NCBI GenBank assembly: GCA_038883855.1
Contig: JAVZLH010000003.1
Span: 1-64,000 of the forward strand
From: Candidatus Bathyarchaeia archaeon
Lineage (GTDB): Archaea > Thermoproteota > Bathyarchaeia > Bathyarchaeales > Bathycorpusculaceae
Direction of reading: 5' to 3'
DNA length: 64,000 nucleotides
Shown piece after piece: positions 58,127 to 64,000 of the stretch (its first letter is position 1; every line of letters begins with the position of its first letter). The translations under genes were made by a program, and so were the position numbers. A model generated the notes under the pieces. The model was not told the DNA's origin and did no database searches. It saw only the letters and a program-made list of their open reading frames with translations.

Positions 58127-58708
58127 TTATTCCTTCCCCTCTTTTTTCTGGGCGATTTTCTGTTTTTTCTTCGTTTTTGTCTTAACCTCTCTTTCTTCAA
58201 CCTTCTCAGTTTTTGCCTCTTTTTCCACAAGCTCTTTTGCGGTTTCTATTTCTCTCTCTCGCGATTTCTCCTCTTCTACAAGTTTTTCTTCAACTATTCC
58301 TCCTTTCACTTCCACAGCTTTTTCCAATTCCTTACGAGCCACTTTTTTCCTTTCTAAAACCCCTTTTCTCCATTTGTCATCGAGGTTTAGCCGTGTAATC
58401 ATAACTTTAGATGGATGAACTGGAACAAATATTGTGGATCCATCAACCTTTTCCCTCGTCAAACCTTCCACGTATATTCGGAATTTCTTCCTATCTACAC
58501 GAGTGATTTTTCCTTCAAATCCCTTATGGTCTCCACGCATGACGCGAACTGTGTCACCGCTTCTCACGGGTATAGCGTTTACGCCATATTCGGCTTTAAG
58601 TTCAGGTGAAAGAGGGGCGGCTAAAAGCTTGTGGCGTATGTGGTCTGGTGCTTGACGCAGTATTTTTCTTTGTTTGGACGGTTTTGCCGATTGTTTTAGA
58701 GCTTGCAT
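58127..58708 (-). CDS. rpl24: 50S ribosomal protein L24 (uL24) with K/E-rich C-terminal tail
   Basis: GDTVRVMRG, PVHPSKVMI..L.LDD..R. Confidence 0.96.
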   Translation of the reverse strand: MQALKQSAKPSKQRKILRQAPDHIRHKLLAAPLSPELKAEYGVNAIPVRSGDTVRVMRGDHKGFEGKITRVDRKKFRIYVEGLTREKVDGSTIFVPVHPSKVMITRLNLDDKWRKGVLERKKVARKELEKAVEVKGGIVEEKLVEEEKSREREIETAKELVEKEAKTEKVEEREVKTKTKKKQKIAQKKEGKE

Positions 58709-58719
58709 GCTTTTTCACC

Positions 58720-59160
58720 CTATATTATTATGCTGGCGGCGCTCGCTATTCTCGGCCATCTTTCTGCCGCCTCCTTCGCTACTGGACCGCGAATTTCCGA
58801 ACCTTTCATTTCTCCGTCAGGGGTTATTATGACAGCGGCATTGTCTTCAAACTGAACCCATACACCGTCAGTTCTTCTGTAGGGTTTTCTCTGTCGTACG
58901 ATAACAGCTTGGAAAATTTTCTTTCTCATGTCAGGGGTTCCATGCCTAACGGATACAATTACTCTGTCGCCCACAGCAGCAGAGGGGTAGCGCCGCAATT
59001 TCCCCTTATAGCCCATAACTTGGACTAGACGTAGTTCTCTGGCTCCAGTGTTGTCAGCGCACTTTAACATGGAGCCTGCTGGCAGCCCCCTAGATATTTT
59101 TGGCCCATGTCCAAGCATCCCCTTCGCAACTAGAGCCCTCTGTTTAGCCTTCGCCGCCAT
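58720..59160 (-). CDS. rpl14: 50S ribosomal protein L14
   Basis: [27 protein letters not shown]. Confidence 0.97.
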   Translation of the reverse strand: MAAKAKQRALVAKGMLGHGPKISRGLPAGSMLKCADNTGARELRLVQVMGYKGKLRRYPSAAVGDRVIVSVRHGTPDMRKKIFQAVIVRQRKPYRRTDGVWVQFEDNAAVIITPDGEMKGSEIRGPVAKEAAERWPRIASAASIII

Positions 59161-59161
59161 G

Positions 59162-59488
59162 CTATCCTTCCTCCTCATGTTTTTCGACAACAACAAATGA
59201 CACGGTTTTGCTTATTGGACGGCATTCCGCTATTGTGACACGGTCTCCTTCTTTTGCGTTTATACATGGGGGATTGTGGGATGGTATACGGCTATATCTT
59301 CTCTCGTATCTAAGAAATTTCGGAACGTAATGGAGATACTCGCGTTTCACTATAACTGTTTTGTCCATTTTTGAGCTTACAACAACTCCTTCCAAGATGC
59401 GCCCTCTTATCGGAAGGTCGCCGTGGAATGGACAGTTTCTGTCGTTGCAGGATTCTTTGGGCTTTTTGAACGTTAAAGGCATTACCAT
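59162..59488 (-). CDS. rps17: 30S ribosomal protein S17
   Basis: [16 protein letters not shown]. Confidence 0.97.
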   Translation of the reverse strand: MVMPLTFKKPKESCNDRNCPFHGDLPIRGRILEGVVVSSKMDKTVIVKREYLHYVPKFLRYERRYSRIPSHNPPCINAKEGDRVTIAECRPISKTVSFVVVEKHEEEG

Positions 59489-59763
59489 AACCTCCTAATG
59501 CGCTTTTTAAGGCGGTCTTCAGGTCTGCCTACAAGCAATTTACCATCAATTTCAACTATGGTTCCGTCAAAAAAATTGAAGCGGAAAACTGCTGTTTCTT
59601 TTACAACGACCTTTCTTTTACCTTCATGTAAAATTGTAAAGGTATTTTTTGTTTCATCTATCACTTTGCCACATATCCCAACGTAACAGGGATGCTTACT
59701 TTTAGCAACCGTAGCTTCAGTTCCAATAAACTCACATCGAACTATGTCTGGTGTCACCTTCAT
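59482..59763 (-). CDS. rnp1: Ribonuclease P protein component 1 (Rpp29)
   Basis: [22 protein letters not shown]. Confidence 0.94.
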   Translation of the reverse strand: MKVTPDIVRCEFIGTEATVAKSKHPCYVGICGKVIDETKNTFTILHEGKRKVVVKETAVFRFNFFDGTIVEIDGKLLVGRPEDRLKKRIRRLW

Positions 59764-59993
59764 TTTCTTTTCCCCGCTGCTGCTTCGCCACTTTTAAGCT
59801 TTTGTTCATGTTCTAGTGTTAATATTCGTGCAATGGTTTTGCGCAGCTCCTTTATTCTCCCAGGGTTTTCTACAGTGCCACCTGCCTTAATCATTGTTTT
59901 TAACCTTAACAGTTCAGTTCTTAACTCGTTTAATTTTTTTAATCGCTCCTCAGAGGACATCTCTCGAATCTCTTTAATTCGCAGTACGGGCAT
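59760..59993 (-). CDS. rpl29: 50S ribosomal protein L29
   Basis: NPGRIKELRKTIARILT. Confidence 0.96.
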   Translation of the reverse strand: MPVLRIKEIREMSSEERLKKLNELRTELLRLKTMIKAGGTVENPGRIKELRKTIARILTLEHEQKLKSGEAAAGKRK

Positions 59994-59994
59994 C

Positions 59995-60663
59995 CTATTC
60001 CTCTGCCTCCCCCTCTTCCTCTTTCAACTCTCCAGACTTTTCTTCCACGACCTCTTCTTCCGATGGGATTTCTCCAATTATTTCGAGCTTGTCTGGAAAC
60101 TTTGCGTCAGGGGGCATTATCCTAACTTTCACGCCAAATATGCCCGGTTTTAGTTGAACATGAACCTCAGCTTTCCGCATGTACTTTAAGGCTGGGTCTC
60201 CGCATTTCGGCAAGTATCCAGCACGGAACTTCTCGTACCTTGCCCTTTCAGTTCTCAGCTTTCCGCTTATGATTATTTCCGCACCGAGGGCCCCTGCTTC
60301 CATAACTTGGTTTAGAGCCCAAAAACCTGCACGCCTAAAATGTACTCCTCGCTGTAGCGCCGCTGCAACCCTTGAGGCTACAACATAGGCGTTTAATTCT
60401 GGAACTTCTATTTCGGAAACAGAAATCTGGGGATTTGAAATCTTAAAATTCTCTTCTAAGATTGTTGCAAGCTCCCTTATTGTTTCCCCTCCGCGCCCTA
60501 TCACTAGGCCTGGGCGCATCGCGTAAATTACAATGTGGGTACCTAAGGGAGTTTTGGATATGGCTACCCCACCGTATCCCGCTCTTTCAAGTTTCTTCTG
60601 CAAGAATTCGTCTATTTCCGCCTTCTTTATTGATTCTGTTATAAAACGTTTGACTATGGACAT
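59995..60663 (-). CDS. rps3: 30S ribosomal protein S3
   Basis: RPGLVIGRGG KH motif, SGKL, GVKVRIMPP. Confidence 0.97.
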   Translation of the reverse strand: MSIVKRFITESIKKAEIDEFLQKKLERAGYGGVAISKTPLGTHIVIYAMRPGLVIGRGGETIRELATILEENFKISNPQISVSEIEVPELNAYVVASRVAAALQRGVHFRRAGFWALNQVMEAGALGAEIIISGKLRTERARYEKFRAGYLPKCGDPALKYMRKAEVHVQLKPGIFGVKVRIMPPDAKFPDKLEIIGEIPSEEEVVEEKSGELKEEEGEAEE

Positions 60664-61151
60664 TACGCTTCTTCCCCTGTTTCTGGTTGCTCTTCCAAAG
60701 CTATTTCAATGTGGCAGAGCGTTTCAAATTCAGGAGTTGCCCTTCCAAAAGCTCTTGGCGTATACCTTTTGACTTTGATTCCAGGATAAGCAGAGGCATG
60801 GATTATACGAAGTCTTTCAGTGTCTAGGCCTTTATACTCTGCGTTGGCCTCTGCACCTTCAAGCACCCTTAAAATGTACTTGGCTGCTTTTACGGGGTAT
60901 CTGCCTGCGTAAGCTTTTTTAAGTCCGTGGCGGTGTCCAGCTTTCTTTTTGAACCTTCTAAAGGGAACGGCTGTTCTTTTTGCCATGACCTCTTTCAAAA
61001 ATTGTTTCGCTTGAGTCAGCATCATACCTTTAATTGTTTTACATATCTCCCGCGCTGATTTAGGGGATACCCTAACCTCTCGTCCACTAACTTTCACGGT
61101 TTTTTCAGGGTCTAATTCCTCTTTCGCTATGGAGTATCCCCATTTTGGCAC
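60663..61151 (-). CDS. rpl22: 50S ribosomal protein L22
   Basis: SPKSAREIC, GRYPVKAA, PRAFGRAT. Confidence 0.96.
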   Translation of the reverse strand: MPKWGYSIAKEELDPEKTVKVSGREVRVSPKSAREICKTIKGMMLTQAKQFLKEVMAKRTAVPFRRFKKKAGHRHGLKKAYAGRYPVKAAKYILRVLEGAEANAEYKGLDTERLRIIHASAYPGIKVKRYTPRAFGRATPEFETLCHIEIALEEQPETGEEA

Positions 61152-61322
61152 TTTATGCGCGCTCCAACTGTGCAATTGAACAGCGTCATAGCGATTTATA
61201 ATGTTTTCCTTTAGCTTGAGCGTTTTCAGACAGAGTTAAGCCTTATAAACCTTAATTTTTAGTAAGAACATCTTCGTCACATAGGAGAAACACGAGATAG
61301 ACGAGGCTTCAGCCATTTTTAG

Positions 61323-61608
61323 TTATGATTTATGAAAGAGTAAAAGAATTTCGGTTAAGGAAAGTGTTATGCCTACGAGTTGCAGATACTCGAAAGATTC
61401 TTCAGGAATAGTCGCAGAGAATGCTGCCAAAGGCAAGGGTTCTATGATAGATACTACACTTCCTTTGGCAGATTCAAATCAAAACTTAGCGCATTCAAGT
61501 GACAGGGTTAACGCCTTAGGTGTTCAAAAGCAAATTTTCAAAAAATACCGGTGTTTCCCAAAGAATAGATGCTGCGGCAAGTAGGAGACAGCTCTTCTTT
61601 TGCTCCAT
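61323..61608 (-). pseudogene. EamA/DMT transporter remnant with large internal deletion
   Basis: Minus strand: MEQKKSCLLLAAASILW...GVNPVT (N-terminus) and ESAKGSVVSIIEPL..AAFSA.I..ESFEYLQLVGITL (C-terminus), with stops and frameshifts between. Confidence 0.65.
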
Positions 61609-61729
61609 GGTTTAGTAACAACTTGCTTTAATTTAGATAATTGATGGGCAGCCCTTTACGTATTTTGCGATTCGTTTATGTCTAACTTCCAGAGTTAATG
61701 GTATCCGAAGTTAAAGTGAGGGTGAATAA

Positions 61730-62797
61730 TTGGTTGTCAAAAATGAGCATATAACCATGTTGCATGGTGCCGGCGGAACAGTCATGCATGACCTTGTCAA
61801 AAATTACATTGTAAAATACTTTGGCGCCACAACCGACTTTGAGGTGCCACTTGAAGCTTTAGATGACGCGGCTGTTGTTGGCGATGTGGTTCTTAAAAGC
61901 GACTCTCACGCAGTTAAGCCCATTTTCTTTCCAGGCGGGGATATTGGACGCTTAGCTGTTTCCGGCACCGTTAATGACATTGCGGTTTTAGGAGCTGAGC
62001 CTTATGCCTTGGCTTGCGGTTTTGTTTTGGAGGAAGGCTTAGCCATGGCTGATTTTGAAAGAATTTTGGCTAGTATGCAGCAAACATGTAAGGAAGCAGG
62101 TGTTAACATAGTTACTGGTGACACCAAAGTTGTGGAAAAAGGAAGCCTCGGTGGCTGCATAATAAACGTTTCTGGAATTGGCAAAAGAACAGCGGCCTTA
62201 GAAAGAAACATTAAGATTGTTAAACGTTTCAGGAGTGATTTTAAAGCACGCTGGATTTTGGACTCAAACTTGCGGGCTGGTGACAAAATAATTCTCTCGG
62301 GAACAATCGGCGACCATGGACTGGCGGTTTTATCTGCACAAGAAGGATTAAGCTTCGGAAGCGGCATAAAGTCAGATGTGAAGCCTCTAAATCGCTTAAT
62401 CCAAAGTTTGCTCTCAGAAGTTGGCGGAGTAATTGCCATGAAAGATCCGACACGTGGCGGTTTAGCTGATGCTTTAAACGAGTTCAGTGAGAAATCCCAA
62501 ATAGGCATACTAATTCATGAAAACAAGATTCCAATAAGAGAAGATGTGCGAGCAGCATGCGAAATGCTTGGTTTAGACCCGCTTGAAGTTGGAAACGAAG
62601 GAAAAATAATCATAGGAGTTATTAGAGAAAAAGCGGGTGAAGTCTTAAAATTCCTTAAGGAGACGAACGAGGGAAAAGAAGCAGAAATCATAGGCGAAGC
62701 CACTGCAGACTTTAGCGGTGTGGCTATGCAAACTATTGTCGGCGGCAAAAGAATTATTTCTAGACCATTAGGAGACCCCATTCCGAGAATATGCTAA
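61730..62797 (+). CDS. hypE: Hydrogenase maturation protein HypE
   Basis: HGAGG, FFPGGDIG.LAVSGTVND, DPTRGG, C-terminal PRIC. Confidence 0.96.
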   Translation: MVVKNEHITMLHGAGGTVMHDLVKNYIVKYFGATTDFEVPLEALDDAAVVGDVVLKSDSHAVKPIFFPGGDIGRLAVSGTVNDIAVLGAEPYALACGFVLEEGLAMADFERILASMQQTCKEAGVNIVTGDTKVVEKGSLGGCIINVSGIGKRTAALERNIKIVKRFRSDFKARWILDSNLRAGDKIILSGTIGDHGLAVLSAQEGLSFGSGIKSDVKPLNRLIQSLLSEVGGVIAMKDPTRGGLADALNEFSEKSQIGILIHENKIPIREDVRAACEMLGLDPLEVGNEGKIIIGVIREKAGEVLKFLKETNEGKEAEIIGEATADFSGVAMQTIVGGKRIISRPLGDPIPRIC

Positions 62798-62806
62798 AAA
62801 GGCTCA

Positions 62807-63016
62807 TTATTTTGAGCTTTTCCATAAATCTGAAACGCGACCAGCCTTCACGAGTTTCCACTTGCCAAAAAAGTCCTTCTTATAAAAATGGTACAAGCCA
62901 CAATGGGTGCACTGCATAATCCGCCTACCCTTTTCGAAGTCAACCTCATACAGTACTAAAGGCGAACCGCAATCAATACATACACCAGTGTAAGTTCTGT
63001 CATGTTGAGCGCTCAT
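62807..63016 (-). CDS. Small zinc-ribbon protein
   Basis: CIDCG...CTHCG. Confidence 0.65.
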   Translation of the reverse strand: MSAQHDRTYTGVCIDCGSPLVLYEVDFEKGRRIMQCTHCGLYHFYKKDFFGKWKLVKAGRVSDLWKSSK

Positions 63017-63100
63017 TTTCAGCAAACCTCTATCCCAAGTGAGACATACTACTGTTTAAATTTTTAACATGTAAAATAAAAAGTGGTGCAACTGTTAAGT

Positions 63101-63712
63101 TTATGGCGGAGACGGTGCGGGCTGCGTCGCGGTTGGTTGAGCGGTCGTTGTTTTAATAGAGAAGAATCCGACGGCGATAAGTATCCATGAAATCCAAATA
63201 AGTATAAAACCCACGAAGATTATTGTTAGCACAGCGCCTATCAGCCAAAGCAAACCCGCAGTTCCAAAAATTTTTTCGCCAGATCTTGCTGAAAGGCTGT
63301 CTAATGATTTTCTAACGAACACCGCTGAAACAATGACAAATATGAAAAGTATAACAAAGGCTACGAGGATGTACCCGATAAAGGTCCAGAGGTTGTTCAT
63401 ATCCATGAAATAATTTTGAATTGCAAACGGGTTAGATATGTCCAGTCCGGAAATCGCCATCATAACCATTGCCACTAACACTGCAAAAAACGCCACCACG
63501 CCCACTATTAGTGCAATGAATCCATAGAGGGCATTGTTGAATATGCCGCTTTCTTGGTAGTGGTCTGCAAAGCCCTTCAAAGCAATCAAAACCAGTATGA
63601 TGCCGACGAGACACAATAAAAGTGTGGGACCTGCTGCGAAGAAACCAAGAAAACCGATGACCAGCAATATAGCGCCTACGCCGCCTAATGTCTTACTCGA
63701 TTCGATACTCAT
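63101..63712 (-). CDS. DUF996-family membrane protein
   Basis: KTLGGVGAIL, IFNNAL, F.TAGLL.LIGAVL.I..VG.IL....WIL..VGFFS. Confidence 0.85.
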   Translation of the reverse strand: MSIESSKTLGGVGAILLVIGFLGFFAAGPTLLLCLVGIILVLIALKGFADHYQESGIFNNALYGFIALIVGVVAFFAVLVAMVMMAISGLDISNPFAIQNYFMDMNNLWTFIGYILVAFVILFIFVIVSAVFVRKSLDSLSARSGEKIFGTAGLLWLIGAVLTIIFVGFILIWISWILIAVGFFSIKTTTAQPTATQPAPSPP

Positions 63713-63813
63713 CTAATAAACCTCGATGATTGGTTTTGCATCTTTCTAGATAAAAAGCTTTTCCACGAAGCTTTAGCTCACTCTTTTAAAGCGAATCTTC
63801 TTAAAGTTCACAT

Positions 63814-64000
63814 TTATTTTGTTGCCTTTGCCCATATTCTGCATGTGCCTTCTATGCTTACCATGCAGGCTCCTCTCGGCTTTTGCGGAGTACACGCCTT
63901 CATAAAAAGCGGACATTCTGTTGGCTTAATTTTGCCAATCATAACCAAGTGGCATTGGCACCCTGGCAACAAGTCCTTACCAAACTTGATTTTGACATCG
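63814..64000 (-). CDS. hypD: Hydrogenase maturation protein HypD, 3' end
   Basis: Own translation ...[45 protein letters not shown]; runs off the window. Confidence 0.9.
   Translation of the reverse strand, partial: DVKIKFGKDLLPGCQCHLVMIGKIKPTECPLFMKACTPQKPRGACMVSIEGTCRIWAKATK

Noticed and set aside
61369-61584. 71-aa plus-strand ORF
   Set aside because: Better explained as the antisense of the EamA remnant.

Overview
Archaeal chromosomal window, most consistent with a TACK lineage such as Bathyarchaeia. This is inferred from Elf1, TFE-beta, TIP49/RuvBL, the split r-protein operon starting at L22 and long charged r-protein extensions. The first ~6.1 kb is the right end of an integrated mobile element. 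It holds a multidomain primase-polymerase/helicase truncated by the window edge, HTH, RHH and small membrane proteins, and a catalytic-domain-only tyrosine recombinase. The recombinase is followed by a perfect 11-6-11 bp inverted repeat, decayed coaBC and pdxT fragments, and a tRNA 3'-end remnant at 6101-6120. The rest is mostly core genome: the Rpp21-S19e-L31e-eIF6-FtsY cluster, polyamine genes (speD-bpsA), KEOPS/S15/SerRS, NAD biosynthesis genes, a pentameric ligand-gated ion channel, RuvBL, an XPD-like helicase, a partly decayed carbohydrate cluster around the SRP RNA gene, the L22-to-cmk ribosomal operon with an embedded Hsp20 gene, and hypE/hypD. An Elf1 of about double the usual length with six Cys pairs stands out. 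No rRNA, intact tRNA or CRISPR array was found. All calls are by eye from motifs and gene order; no searches were run.
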